NCBI GenBank assembly: GCA_050613775.1
Contig: JBODTK010000016.1
Coordinates: 1 to 64,000 of the forward strand
From: Neocallimastix sp. 'constans'
Lineage: Eukaryota
DNA: 64,000 nucleotides
Direction: 5' to 3'
Shown: positions 27,139 through 42,520 of the stretch, one piece after another
Layout: each line of letters begins with the position of its first letter
Numbering within the stretch: position 1 is the first letter of the stretch
Translations under genes and position numbers: made by a program
The notes under the pieces: generated by a model
Database searches by the model: none
What the model saw: the letters and a program-made list of their open reading frames with translations, nothing else
What the model was told of the DNA's origin: nothing

Positions 27139-30100
27139 TTATTTATTATTATGTCTATGATTCATATTCATTCCATTCATGGAATTAAGTTCATTTAGGT
27201 TTAAATAATCATTTGTAAAACCTTCCATATTATTAGATTTTATAGATGATTTTGTATCTAATGAAAATTGATTTTGAATGGTTGGATCTGCAGCTAAAAG
27301 AGTGGTATTAATGGATCCTGTACTCATTGAACGAACAGCATTTTTTAATTTTGATATCCTATTTCTTCTATTATGCTGAAATGGACTAAATGATGCTTTT
27401 TCCCATCTCATCATCTTTTTCTTTTTTGGTGATGGAAAATCATTTTCACTCATTTCTGTTGATTTTAATGAAAAGTCTTCCTCTGAACTAAATTGCTTTG
27501 AATCAAACACTTCATCCATAGATATTTCTTGATTTTCACTATTGGTTCTAGTTAACTTTGCTTTATCTTCTTCTAATTCATTTAATTTTCTTTTTACTCC
27601 TATTTCTAGTTTTTTATCTCCCTCTTCATTTTTATTCACCTTTTCTTTTTCTTTTTTATCTTCAGATTTTAATTTTGATATCTGAATATCATTTACTGAA
27701 AATGCTGTATTTTCAGAATTAAAAGTAGTTTCTAAAGTAGTTTCTAAAGGTATTTTTGATAGTGGATCTATTGAAGAAACTAATGACGATGCATTTAATT
27801 TATTAGTTGTAATAAAAGGTGTAGTTATAGGTGTTGATGAAATGGATGATGTATTATTATTTAATACATTTGGTACTAAATCTAAATTTAGAAGTTGATC
27901 ATCATTAACATCCGTTGAATGATCATCACTTATTAATGAATTACTTAAAGCATTCCCAATAGCATCTTCTAACATTTTATCACTAACTTCAATATTATTT
28001 TTAATTTCTGTTTTTCCTTCAGTTTCGTTAATATCAAAATCTAAACTTAATAATTCTCTATTATTTTCAATTTCTGAATTTATTTCAACTCCTGTATAAT
28101 CTTTTACAGAATCAACTAAATTCTGATTCAATTTTGAACCTATTAAATTATTATTTACATTTATTTGATTGAAAGTATTTGTTTTTGGCTTTGCTATATT
28201 ATTATCTTTTTCATTATTTAAAGTTTTACTTAATTCTTTTGTTAATGTATCTGAAAGTTCTTTCAATTTTAAATCTTTATGGGATAGACTGTATGTACTT
28301 TGATTTAAAGTTATATTACTATTAGCATTTTTATTTGATATAACAGATGAAATTTCCTGTAATTTAGTTTTATTATTAGTTTTCACATTAGTGATAAGTG
28401 AATCTGTTTTATTAGTAGCTGTAGTAGTGTTAGTCATAGTTGTATTAAGAGTAACATTAGGTATTTTAACATTGGAAATAGCAACATTAGAAGTAATATT
28501 AGTAGTTGGATTAGTCGCATCAATAATTTCAGTATTAATTTTAATTTTAGTATTAGTCTTAGCATTTATTGAGGCATCAGTTGTATAGTTATTTGTAGCA
28601 TTAATATTTGTTTTCATAGTAATTGAAGATAATGCAGAAAAGGCAGATAAAGTAGATGCAGATGCTGCTGACGTAGTAGATATCGTAGATGATGTTGTTG
28701 TTGCTGTTGTTGCTGTTGTATTTGATTTTATTGCTGTATTTATGGTATTAGAAATTCTATTATTGGAAGAAAGTGTGGATGTAGGAGTAGGACTCTTCAT
28801 ATTTTTTTTCAAAGCATCTTCCAGTTTACTTAGTGCTAATGCTAATTCAGAAGAATGACTACGCTTATTACTTTTTTCATTATTATTAATATCATTAGTC
28901 TGATTTTTAATAATATTTGATTTAACATTATTAGTAATAGTAGGTTTATTATTTAAGAATGTATTGGATATAATATTCTTTGACACAGAAGTGGTTGTTG
29001 TGGTGGTAGCTTTAATATTTGGCAAATTAACTGCATTATTTATTGATTCTGTGGAATTCATGGGTTGTAAATTATATGAATTGGAAACCTTTTTATCTTT
29101 ATTAAATAAGGAAGATTTTGAAGATGAAGTTGAGGTTGCTGTAGAAATGGATGTTGACAGTATAGAAGAAGGTTGTTTTAATGATGAAGAAACTGTAGAT
29201 GATGTTGCATTTGGTGTAGATGTAGATGTTGATGTTGATGTTGATGATATTGTTGTTGATTGGGCTATTTTATTCGTAGTTAATAATGTATTAAATTGAT
29301 TTAAATTTAGTGTATTTTGTACTGTTGGCGTTTTAGACAGTGAGGTTGCATGAGGTATCGGCACACCGACAGAAGCTTGAAGTGCTTGTAAACTAGCAGC
29401 ACTAGCTAAAATAGAACTAAATATTGATTGTCTTTGATTAATTGGATTAACTGCAGGAGCAATATGTATTTGTTTTTTACTTTGAGGAGCAATGGGTCTA
29501 GGATGATTCATTGTAGAATTCGGACTACTACTACTTCCAGAACTTGTAGTGGGTATTATTGGATGTTGGCTTTTAGTTGAAGGTAATTTATTTAATATAT
29601 TAGCTGAATTTGATCCTGCAGCAAGTGATCCGAATAATAATGGATTGGTGCTTGCGGCTTGAGCAAGAGCTGGAAATAATAATGGATTCGCTCCGAAAAA
29701 TGGGTTAAGAGGAAGATTTGGTGTTGTTAACGGTAATTTAGGATTTAAAAAAGAGGTAAAAGAAGATGTAGTTGAGGAAGTAGAATTTGATGTTTGAGCA
29801 CTGCCTGATAATGATGTTGAAGTACTATTTTTTGGGGATAATGGTTTTAATGGTGTCTGTGAAGAGGATGATATTATGGATGAAGATGCTGCTTGGGCTA
29901 TATGTATTTTTTTCTTTTCAGATGACAATGAATTTGATGAAGGAGATTTTGATCCAGATGATGTTACTTTAGATTTATTGTTAATTGGTGAATTATTTAA
30001 ATTTGGTTTTATAGGTGTTGTCTTTTTTAAATTTGTATTTATTTTGGATGGAGTTGTTGAATTGTTTATATTTTTAAATGTATTAGCCATTGCAAATGCA

Positions 30101-32172
30101 GGATTCATTGCTGTCATTAAAGCTTGCATATTTGCAAAAGTAGTAGCTGGCAAAATATTTTGTTGTTTATTTAATGAAGGTAATGCTCCGAAAGGTAACA
30201 TTGATGACATATCTAATGGATTCATATTCATGCTTAATAAAAGTTGTGAAAGAGAAGGCATATTATTCATATTTTGTATATTTTGTAATAAAGGCAAATT
30301 TGATGGTAATGGTAATGTAGCTGGTGGGGTATTGGTTTTTAAATTTAAGGAAGAATTTATGGATAAGGATATTTTATTGTCTAATGTTGAACCTAATTTA
30401 TTTAAATTTGGGGCCAATGTAGAGTTTGATGTAGAACTTGTTGAATTTAAGGGTAATGAAGTAGGTAATGGAAATATTGGTGGTACTGATGACTGTAACG
30501 GTATGGGAGAGGAAGTCGTAGTCTTTTTTGTTGAAGTTGAAGAAATCGTCTCATTACTGCTATTTACATTTATTTTATATTTTTTTACTTGATCTATGGA
30601 TGGGGGCATATCTGATATTGGTGAAGAATTATTAATATTTTCATTATGATTTTTATTTTTATGAATTTGGGGGAAAGAGTTTTTCAATAATAAATTAAAA
30701 TTTTCTTCTTCAATTGAGATTTCTTTAACTGTATTATTTATGTTTTTATTATTACCATTACTTATTTTACTTTTTAAAGGTGCAAATTTCTTATTATCAT
30801 TAAATTTTGACTTTAAATTTAAAAAAGAATTCTTTTGAGTTTCTTTTTTTTTAATCTTTGGTATTTTTATTTCATTAATATCTATTATATTTATTTATTT
30901 ATCGAAATTTAATTTAAATAATTAAAAAGTTAAATCAAAATGAATTATTAAAAACTTATTTCATTAAAATGATTATTTTAATTAATACATATTAAAATAT
31001 TTAAAACAAGTTACCATTATTTGAGTTTAAAGGTTTTGTTAAAGTGTTATTATTAATAATTTCGTTATCTTGACTTTCATTTTTAATACTATTTTCAATT
31101 TCGTTAATTAGATCAAAAGAACTTAAATCTTCTTCTTCTGATTTATTATGATTATCCTCGGCCTTTTCATATTAACAGGAAATATATACATATTATATAT
31201 ACATATTATAAATAAGAATAATAATAATTAAACAATAATTAATTTAATTAATAATTTAATGGTTTTAATATAAACAATTTTAATGTAATAATTCAATTGA
31301 ATTAGTACATTAAATTTTTATATTTTTATTATTACAAAATTAATGTTAATGATAAATAATCCAATATTTAAAATAAATTAATATATTATATTAATAAATA
31401 AATAAATAAATAAATAAATATTTTCAACTATTTTATTATTTTAAATTTATTATAATTTAAATATTTAAGTTGGAATAATATTATTAATATATAGAGTTTT
31501 CATCAGATTGATCATCTTTAAAATTTTAATTTATTTTTTCATTATTATTTTTTTTGAACTCCATAATTATTTTATGAAATATATAAAAAAAAATAAATAA
31601 ATAAAAAACTAAAATAAAATAAAACAAAAAAAATAAAAATAAAAATATAAAAAAATAAATATAAATATAATGAAAAATTTTACTTACCAGTTCTTTTAAT
31701 AGTGAGGTAATTAATTTTTTATGAGTATTTTCCTTAATTTTAGTATTCTCTTCTTTTTTTGAAGTTAATAATTCTTTCTTAATTGTATTTGATTGCGATT
31801 TTTTACTTATTGATTTTGGTATACAAAAACCACCTATATTATTTTCTTTTTTATTAATTTTTGGTTTTGGTATAGGTATAAATGATTTGATATCTTTATC
31901 ATCATTTGATTTTTTTACATAATTTTTAATGCTATTAACATTATTTTCTGGTTGATCAATAGACCTTGAAATTGGTGCTATTGATTTTGGAATTTTTATT
32001 TCCATTTTTTCATTATTTATATTAATATTTTTTTTATTAAAATATTCTTCATGTTCTGAAAGGTTTTTTGACTTTTCAAATAACTGATTTGTACTAGAAT
32101 AAGATAATTTTATCTCATTTTCATTATTATTATTATTATTATTACTATTATTATTACTATTATTATTATTAC

Positions 32173-32209
<37 letters not shown>

Positions 32210-34651
32210 GATTAAATTATTTTCTGCAATCATTTTATCTTCATTTTTAATTTTATCATTATTTAAATATAATTTATCATTATTTAGTTGATTCTTCTCT
32301 ATATATTTTTTATTTTCATTTTTTGTATTATTTTGATTTAAGTCAATTTTTGTATCATTTTCTTTTCCAATTTTTTCATGTAATATCTTAATATTTTCTT
32401 TTTGTTCATTAATATTATTCATTATTTTTTCTTGCTTCATTTCACCTCTACTAACAGTATTATCAATTTCAACACCATTTAATTCAATTTTATTATCTGA
32501 ATCATTTATTGAATGAACATTATTATTTATGACATCAATCTTTGTTTTATTTACATTTGCTACAGAAACTTTTAGTTCAATATTTTCTTTTTTATCAATT
32601 TCCATTTTATTTTCCATTAAATCTTTATTATTTTTATTATTAATATTTTCTTTTTCATTAATTTCCATTTTATTTTCAAAAGAATTTTCTTTATTAATAG
32701 TTTCTTTCTTATCAATTTCCATTTCATTTCCTGTTATAGATTCTGAATTAACATTTTCTTTTTTGTCAACTTCCATCCTATCCATATCACTTTTTATTAT
32801 TTCTTCATTTTTTTCATGTTTATTTTCTATATCATGTTCTTTAATTCTATTATTATTCTTTATATTAATTTCATTATTTTCTTTAACTGTACTATTTTCA
32901 ACATTTTCTTTTTCAAATTTTTCTTTATTGATATTTTCTTCTTTTTTCTTATTCTCTGTTTTATTTATTTCTTTTTGATCAATTACACTATTTACCTTAT
33001 CTGATTCTGAATTAATTTTAATACTTTCTTTATCCAATATTTTAGCTTTTGTATTAATATCATTTATTTTATTTATTTCATTATCCTTATGAAAAGAATC
33101 ATTTTTTTTAGTTTTTGATTCTATATTCATTATATTAATACTTTTTGTTTCAGTTTTTAACAAAATATTGCTTTTACTTTTACTTTGAATTAGTAAAGAA
33201 TTTTTCATATTTTTATTATTGATATCTTCATCTTCCTTATTACCATCTTTTGGTATGGATTTAAGATCTTTTTTTACTTCAAACCCCTTTAATTCACTAC
33301 TATTTATTTCTTTTTGATTAGTTTCTACCTTGACACTTAAATATTTTTTATCACCTTTCTCTTTAATATCATTATTATTATTGTTGTTGTTATTGTTATT
33401 GTTATTGTTAAGTATTGAATTATTATTCTTAAGTTCTTCAGAAAGCATTGATGATATTTTTTCCTCTTCCATTTTAGTTACTTTATCTAATTCTGAAGAT
33501 GGATCAATAATACTATTACTGTCAATTTTCATAGGATCTATAGGGGTATTTATCATATTGTCATTGAATGATAATAATAAATTTTTACTCAATTCATCAT
33601 TTACAGATAATTGATTTATAATTAAATCCTTATTAAAATTACTTGATAAAGCATTATTTGATTCAACTACATTTGTTTGATTATTAACTTTATTAGAAAT
33701 AGGTGATGATAATAAATTAACGGATGATTTTCTTTTTTGTGGAAGCATTTCATAATAATCAACAAAGGAATATTCTTCATCAGATGATAACCATTCTACA
33801 TAGGCCGGATTTTCTTCTTCCTCCTCTTCTTCCTCTTCATTATTCATTAATTTCTTATTAGCCTCTAAATAATAATTATTAAAATAATCTTCTTCTGAAC
33901 TTTCTTCCTCGTCTTCTACTTCTAAATTATTATTCAATTCTTTTTCAATTTTGGAGATTTCATCGTCATTTATTTTTTCATTTTCTTCTTCATTTTCATT
34001 TTCATTTGAATCACTTTCAGAATCAGAATCAGAATCAGATTCATCCATTTCTTCTTCATCTGAGCTTGAATTACTAATTTCACTTTCAAAAAGAGCTGCT
34101 TTGCCTTCTAAAATATTTTCTTCATCACTTTCCATATAATAAGTGGATTGTTCACCATCTGATATCTTTTCTGTAGAAATATCTTTATTTAATGTTTTAT
34201 TATTATTTTTAGTATTATCATCATAAATTAAATTATCATCATTTAAATTATCCGAGAAATCTAAATCTAAAATATTATCATCATCTTCTATTTGACTATT
34301 TTTACTATTTTCCCCAATTTTAAATAATAGACTATTTGAATCACTACTAATACTACTTGAATCATCATCATCATCATCCTCTCCAAATAGTTCACTCAAG
34401 GTTGAAGATAATTTTTCATCTTTCATATTTTTATCTTCTTCTTGAATTTCTTTATAAATATCTGATATTTTTGATGATTCTTGAGGTTCAAATCCGTTTT
34501 CATCATCAAATATCTCTATTTCATCATCGTCACTCATATCTTTATATAATTATTATTATTTTTTTATTATTATTATTAGATTATTTATTATTATTTGATT
34601 AGTCAATTAAATATTTATAATAAATAAAAAATACATATAATAATAATAATA

Positions 34652-34695
<44 letters not shown>

Positions 34696-35745
34696 AATAA
34701 ATATAATAAAGAAAAAAAAATTAATTAACTTACCTATAACTGATGCTTCAGGTTTTTTAGGTACTTTACTTTCTCTTTGAGTATGTTTTTTTGTCTTTTT
34801 ATTATTTTTATGTTGTCGTTTATTATTATTATTATTATTATTTGAGATATCAACTTTTTTTTCTTTTGATTTTTCATGTGGTATCTTATATTTTGTTGTA
34901 TCAATTTTGTTAATACTTTTAATTTCAGTGGTTTTATTTGTTCTTTTTATTTCAACATGATTATCATCTTTTTTATCCTTATTATCATTTATGGTATTTG
35001 ATGAACCGTTATTTAGTAATTTTGATTTTAACTCAGATTTTGGTGTTATTGAACCTTCACATATTATTATTGTTTGTTCTTTATCATTTTCTTCAATAGG
35101 AAAATTTGACGACTCAGTTTCATTTATTAATAAATTACTTGAAAATGATCTTTGATTCAAATCACAAGTACATTCACCAACACAGACAGGACATATATCA
35201 AGGTCAATATCTATATCTTCATCATCATCCATGTCCAAATCTAAATCTAAATAATTATCATCATTCATTTTATTAATATCAACATGATTTAATTCCTCAA
35301 ATTCAATAAATTTTTGTTTATCCATATTTTCTAAATATATAAAAAAATATACATATCCAATATACATATTAATAGAGATTAATAGAAAAGGAAATAATAA
35401 TTATATTTTTTAAATGATAATTTACCATCTAATTTTATATTTGCTCTTGATTTAAAAGTTTTTGAACCTCTTCCTTTAACTGGTGTATTGGATTTACAAG
35501 ATAATCTAAATATCATAATTTCATATTAATATTTAATAATAAATTAATATTAAATACTTTCAATAATATATATATATAACTTTTTATTATATTAAAATTA
35601 TTTACTTTAAATCAGGCAGTGTTCCTTTTTTACATGAAGGACATATAATATTAGTATCAGTATGCATTTTTTTCTTTAAACATTCAATATGGAATAAATC
35701 TTTTTTATAAATAAATAAATGAATAAATAAATAAATAAACTAGTA

Positions 35746-35780
<35 letters not shown>

Positions 35781-36868
35781 ATGTTTTATAAAACATTTTT
35801 AATTAAATTGATTTTTATCAATTAATCTATTTATCTATATATACCTGAACAAAATTCGCATTTAACTATATTATTTTCATTTTCAATATGTTGTTTACAA
35901 ATACAATATAATCTTTTTGTATGTGAATTAGAATTTATTTTTTCTTCTTCATTTAATGGTGAATTTGATTTATTTACATTAAATGGATATAAATTATTTA
36001 AATTATTATTATTTGTCTCATTAATATTATTATTTGATTCTAAATCTGAATCAGAATTTGTTGAATTATTGGAATCTGAATCTGAAGTAGAGGATGAAGA
36101 TGAAATAGAGTCACGACGATAATTAGATGGTAAAATATATTTTCCTCTTGCTGTTGTTTTCCCAATTCTTTTTGAACGATAGGGCTGGACGTTTTTTCTT
36201 GATTTCCTACTAAATGTTTTTTTAACAGCACTATATCGTTGTCTTAAAGACATTTCACTAGATTCTTCATTAGTATAATTTAAAGAAATTTGATTAGATT
36301 CATTATTTGTATTTGATGATTTTGGTTCATTTATATTATCTTCTAATAATTTTTCTTTTTTATCATTAATTTCATTGTCATATTTCTTATCTTTATGTTG
36401 ATGATAACGATGATGATGGTGGTGATGGTGATGATGTTTTTTTTTAGGATAAAGCCTTTGTATTGATTTACTTGGCAATGATTTTGCTCTATAAGGACCT
36501 TTACCAAATACTGAGTTATATTTTCCTCCTCTTGAAGCTGCAATTCGCGCATTTAAAATATTATTATGATTTCCATCGGAACCATTTGATGTAAATCCTG
36601 ATAAATATTCTGAAGATCCAACAGAATCATCTGAAATTCCATCAGCATCAATTAATTCTTCATCTGAAGAATTTGAATGTGAGGATGAATATGAGGATGA
36701 AGATGAAGATGAATTACTTGAAGAATTACTAGAATTATTATAAGAATAAGAACTACTATACGATAAATTGCTTTCCTCCGAACTATCTGAAGAATTATTA
36801 TATAATGAAGAATTATAATATTTACTATATCTTCTTTTTCCTGATACTATGCTAGGATTTTTTGGCAT
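27139..36868 (-). CDS. Very large low-complexity nuclear protein with a PHD-type zinc finger (probable chromatin/transcription regulator); ORFs 35831-36868, 34615-35367, 31526-34537 and 27139-30687 are likely exons of one gene
   Basis: LYCICKQ...VKCEFC joins across an intron to DLFHIECL...ICPSCKKG (~35606-35699), giving C4HC3. Also a Cys cluster CPVCVGECTC, acidic, Asn-rich and Ser/Thr/Pro-rich tracts, and NLS-like PSPKKKK. ORFs end at GT donor-like sites. The exact splicing between 30700 and 31690 is uncertain. Confidence 0.7.
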
Positions 36869-39636
36869 CTTATTTTATTAAAATAATAATTTTATTAATT
36901 ATTCAAAAACAATACATTTAAAATTTATTAAATTTTTCAATTTAATACTAAATTTTGAAAATTTTAAGGTATTATAAATAAAAATATAAATTATATATAT
37001 AATATTATGTATTTAATATATATATATTTAAAATAATTTTTAAATAGAACATTAAAAGATTATATTAAAAGTGGCTGTAACAAAAATGTCAATTACAATA
37101 TATAAGTAATTGCTGATTACTACTTACCTTATTTTAAAAATAATAATAATAAATATATTAAAATTCTATTTTATTATAGATATATAATATTATTGATAAT
37201 AATAATTAAGAAATTCTTTATATTGTTTTATATAATTTAATATTGAAAATTACTTGTAATATTTTATTTTAGAATCTGAATTATTGAATTATTTATTAAT
37301 AAATATTTCTAAATAATTTAAAATTTTTAGGTATCATCAACATATAGACAAATTTCTATATGTCATTTATCAAAATTCAATTGTAAATTAAAAATTAAAA
37401 ATGTTAAAAACATAATTACTATAAATTATTATGTTTCTTTTATTAATAAATGATAGTAAACACTATTTATATACAGATTGCACCTTTGGAATGATATTTA
37501 CTATAAAAAATACATAATCAAAAATAAATATATGTATATATTTATTATAAATCAATTAATTATATTTTATATTCAAAAAAATTTTTGAAAGTTTTAAATA
37601 ATTTAATGATATATAAATTACTTTTTTTTTTTATTTTTTTGGAAATTTCCAAATTTTATTACCATTTATTTTTTATTAACCTTTATTTATTTATCTATTT
37701 ATTTTATTTTAAAGTTTTTATTTTATATATTTTGAAAAAAATATAAATTTTAAAATATAAAAATATAAAAAGGTTATTAAAAACCAAATTATTTAATTTT
37801 TTTTTTTTTTTATTTTTTAATTTTTTTGGAATTTTTGCTTTGCGATTTTAATATATTTAATATATTGCATTTATTAATATATTGATATTAATTAAAATTA
37901 TTTAAAATTCAAATACAAAAAACGAAAAAAAAAAAATTTTTAAAATTATATATAGTTAAATTCTTTTAAATATAAAGATTAGAAATAGAATCCAAGAAAT
38001 AACTAAGGTAAAATACTTTCAATAATTGTGAAAGTTTTATAATTGTAAAAAATAATACTATCAGGTATTTTTATTTTTTGTAAATAAAATTTAACTCGAC
38101 ATTATAATCTTTTATTACAATTAAAACTAATAGATAATACAAATATTGAATAATAAATAAATAAACAAAATAATTAAATAATAACTAGTAGCAATTATAA
38201 TAATTAATTATAATAAATAATAATAATAAATAATAATATTTAATAATAATAATTATTATTAATGATTATAAATAATAATATTTAATAATAATAATTATTA
38301 TTAATGATAATAAATAATAATAAATAATAAATAATAAATAAATAATAAAATAATAAATAATAATAAATAATAAATAAAAGATAATAGATAATAAAGAATA
38401 AAGAATAACAATGAATAAAAGAATTATACATCAGACCTCGTCTACAACGTAAGATGTACTAGTACGATTTTTTTTATATAATATACATAATAATCTATAT
38501 TCATCTAAAAAGTTAAATAGATAATAATTATTAATAAATAATAATGTTAATTATAATATTGCAATGATAGTAAATAAGTACATTTTTTTTACCTTTATTT
38601 ATACTATGCTAAACAATACACATTATAGAGTCAATACTTTATAATATTTCTTTTAATGTGGATTAAAAAATTTTTTTTTAATACACTATAATTTTTATTT
38701 TAAATTTATATTCAAAAATTTATATATATATATATATTTAATTCAAAAAATAATAAATAAAATTATTATTTTTATATATTAAAGTCTAAAGAAATAATAA
38801 ATAAAATATTTATAGTCTAAAAACTTTAATAATCTAATTTTTTTTTTCTTTGGAAAAATATCTTTTCATATAAAAATCATCTTTTTTGATATTATTAAAT
38901 TTATTTTTATTCTTTTCCTCTGATTAATAATATTTAATTATATCAAAATATTTGAAGAATAAAATAAAATAAAAAATAAAATAAAAAATAAAAAGAGATT
39001 CTAAAATTATTTATATCATTAAAAATTAATTGTTATTAATAATATTAATAAAATTATATCGATTGAACAAATAATATGACTTTGCTATTATTGTTTAATG
39101 ATTTTCATGTAAAAAAAAACTTTCACTGAGTTTTAATAACTAATATACAGTTGTAAAATTTTATTTTTACAAAAATATTTGATTAGTTTATATTAATATT
39201 ATAAGTACATATGAATTTTTTTTTTCTTTAAAAAAAAAAGGTTTATATATATATATATATATATATCCTTTTTTTAGTTACCTTTTTATCTGTAATTTAT
39301 ATTACATCTTATTTTATTATTATATCTTATGCGTTGTAATATATTAAATATTTTACTCTAAAAATATATATATATTATAGCTATTATTGTATCTAATTAT
39401 TAATTTTTTATATGTATAAAATATAAAACATAATATACTATATATTATATTTTATATTTTAAATACCTCTGACATTTTACTTTTAGAAGTTAAAATATAA
39501 AATTAGAAATTATATTATTAAAATTTGAAAGGAATAGTAAAAGAAATATTACTTAAAGTTTTATTTATAAATGATAGAATCGGTATATACAAATTATATT
39601 ATTGTTTTAAAGTTCATAATAAAACTTTTTTTAAAA

Positions 39637-39671
<35 letters not shown>

Positions 39672-39708
39672 TAAATATACACATAATTAAAACATAAAAA
39701 ATATATAA

Positions 39709-39749
<41 letters not shown>

Positions 39750-40272
39750 TTTAATTTTTATTTTTTGATATAAAGTTAATATTAATTTAATATATGATTT
39801 AATATTATTTTCATATATAATTTATATCAAAAATAAAAATTATATTACATATATATTATATAATACTGTTAATAAATGAAAATATACATAAGTAATACTT
39901 TGACTGTACTAATAAATAAGTTTCCAATGAACATGAATAAGTACTAAATATTTTTTTTTTTTTTTTTTTTTTAATTTTATTTTTATTTTCATTCTTTAAT
40001 AATAATAATAATAATAATAACAAAAGATTAAAACAATAAAGAAAAATAATAATAAAAAAAAAAATAAAGCAAATTAATCTGAAAAAATTAGAATATTTTT
40101 AAAATAAAATTTAGGAAAGATAATAAAGAAATTAATATAAATATAAAAATCCTTATTTATATAAAAATATATGCATACTATCGTTTATAATAAAATATCT
40201 ATCTATTAATTTATAAAAATTGAATTAAATAATAAAAATAATTATATTATATTAATAATTTCACTTTAAAAT

Positions 40273-40303
<31 letters not shown>

Positions 40304-40304
<1 letters not shown>

Positions 40305-41794
40305 TGCAAATTCATACCGTTGAGCAATTAGAAAAATTATCTTTAAAAGAATTATATGAAAAACAAAAGGAAATAACTCAAAATGAAATTCAAGCTATAT
40401 GTGAAACAGACCAAAAATTAGCATCAAAAATTCATATATCAGAACTTGTTGGTATGATGGTAAAAGTCTTAGATGATGAATCTCTCTTTAACGTTTTGGA
40501 TGATTCCGATTTTGAAAAAGTTACTTTAAGCTATGTCGAAGATGCTAGAAATTTAGTTAATGAGTAATAATAAAAGAAATTATTAATTAATAATAAATTA
40601 TTTCAAGAAATTGTTATTTTTTTATTAATATAAAATGTTTTTTTTTTAAAAAAAAAAAAATAAAAATAAATATTTGAGTTATTTATTTATATTTTATTAT
40701 TTTTATTATAAATTATAATAAATTTTATTAAATCTTATTAAATATTATTGTATATTATATGTATATAGAGTTCAGAATGAACCTTCTTTGGAAACTTTAT
40801 CAAAAGCAACATCTTTATTATTTAAAGCATTATGTATTTATTACATATAATTATAGATTTCGATAATTCTAGTTTATCAAATTTAAGATAATGATAATTA
40901 AAATATTTATTTTTTTTCTATGAACTAAATAAAATATTAGATGTCTATCCTGATAATGTAGCTGTATATCATCTTTTAGCATTTATAAGTTTAATTATGA
41001 ATCAATTTAATATAGGTATTTTTTAAAATATATATATGAATTTTATAATAATAATAATAATAAATATATTGTTATGTTATTATTTTTATTTTCATAAATT
41101 TAAATAATTTATAAATAATATACATATATATTAAAAAATTTAAGCCTTGGATATTGCGGAAATGGGCCAATGTATAGATGAAACATATGAACCATTAAAT
41201 GAATTAATTGAAGAAATTAATATGATTCTATCACAATTAGAAGGAAATGAAGGTTAATTTATAAAACAAAGCAAAAACGATAATAAAAGAAATAAATAAA
41301 TAGAATCAACGAATAATGAATTATTTTTATTTACTAACACATTATTATTATGTATATTATTTATGCATTATTTTAAATATTGTTTATATTATATTATTAT
41401 TATTATTAATGAAATAGATCAAGAGCCATTAATTGAAAACAACAATCTTTCAGAGGGATTACGTAATGCTTTATGTAATATTTATGATAAATTTGATAAA
41501 GATCAAGATGGTCTCTTAAACTTTGATGAGGTTGCTGAATTAATTAATGCAACAAATGGACAATATCCAGATCGCTCATTTATTCAACAGATGATTGGTA
41601 TGTTTAATAGCTTAGTAGCTAATACTATCAATGCTGCTAATAATGGAGATGCAGATAAGCTTACTCGTGAGGCATTTTTAGCATTTTATTTAAAACAAAC
41701 ATTAGAAGATCCATCTGAAACTCGTAATGATTTAGAAAAATTTGGTTATGATTCAAAACTTTTGATTCAACGTGATGTTTCTCCGCCAGCTTAA
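40304..41794 (+). CDS. TPR-like plus EF-hand calcium-binding protein, 5 exons
   Basis: Exons ~40304-40562, 40770-40834, 40941-41015, 41145-41252 and 41419-41794 splice in frame at GT-AG. TPR-like segment LLFKALYVYPDNVAVYHLLAFISLIMNQFNIALDIAEMG; canonical EF-hand loop DKDQDGLLNFDE. Confidence 0.8.
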
Positions 41795-42280
41795 ATTTAA
41801 GATATAATAAATTAATATTTAATATCAAACCATAATTAATTAGTAATAATATATATAAATATCCTATAAAAAAATTTTTTTTTTCTTTCATTTTACCAAA
41901 GATTAAGTATCATATTGATAATAATAATAATAATTTTAATAATTTTAATAATATATATATAAATAAATAAATTAAATATATATATTTTTTTCAGATTATC
42001 AATTTTATTTTGAAAATGATGTTAAAATATTAAAATATTAATGCTTATAATAAAAAAAAAAACTTTTTAAATTTTAAATAATATTATTTAATAATATTTA
42101 AATTAAATAATACTTTTAATATTATTTAAAAAAATACATTATAAAAATACTGAAATTTTATTGTAATTAATTTAACGTACTATTAAAGTAATTATTTATT
42201 TATTTATTTATTTATTTGTTTGTTTGCTTGTTTATATTTAATTATTTAATATATATATGTTTATTCAACCAGATTTAGTT

Positions 42281-42335
<55 letters not shown>

Positions 42336-42520
42336 ATTATTAATTTAACGAATATTTATTCAAAGAAATTTAAACTAATTTAATATATTAAAATTATTAA
42401 TATTTTGAAATTTCATTTATTTCTAAAAATATTTTAAATAATTATAAAAATTGCATGTAATGTGATTTATAAAAAAAAATTATTTAATAAGAAAAAATAT
42501 TATATATATATATATATATA

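Noticed and set aside
28391..34602. Plus-strand ORFs such as 29876-30592 (238 aa) and 32529-32978
   Set aside because: Antisense shadows of the large minus-strand exons with biased codon use.
40304..41794. Treating 40304-40567 and 41363-41794 as two separate genes
   Set aside because: Three intervening exons join them in frame through GT-AG introns.
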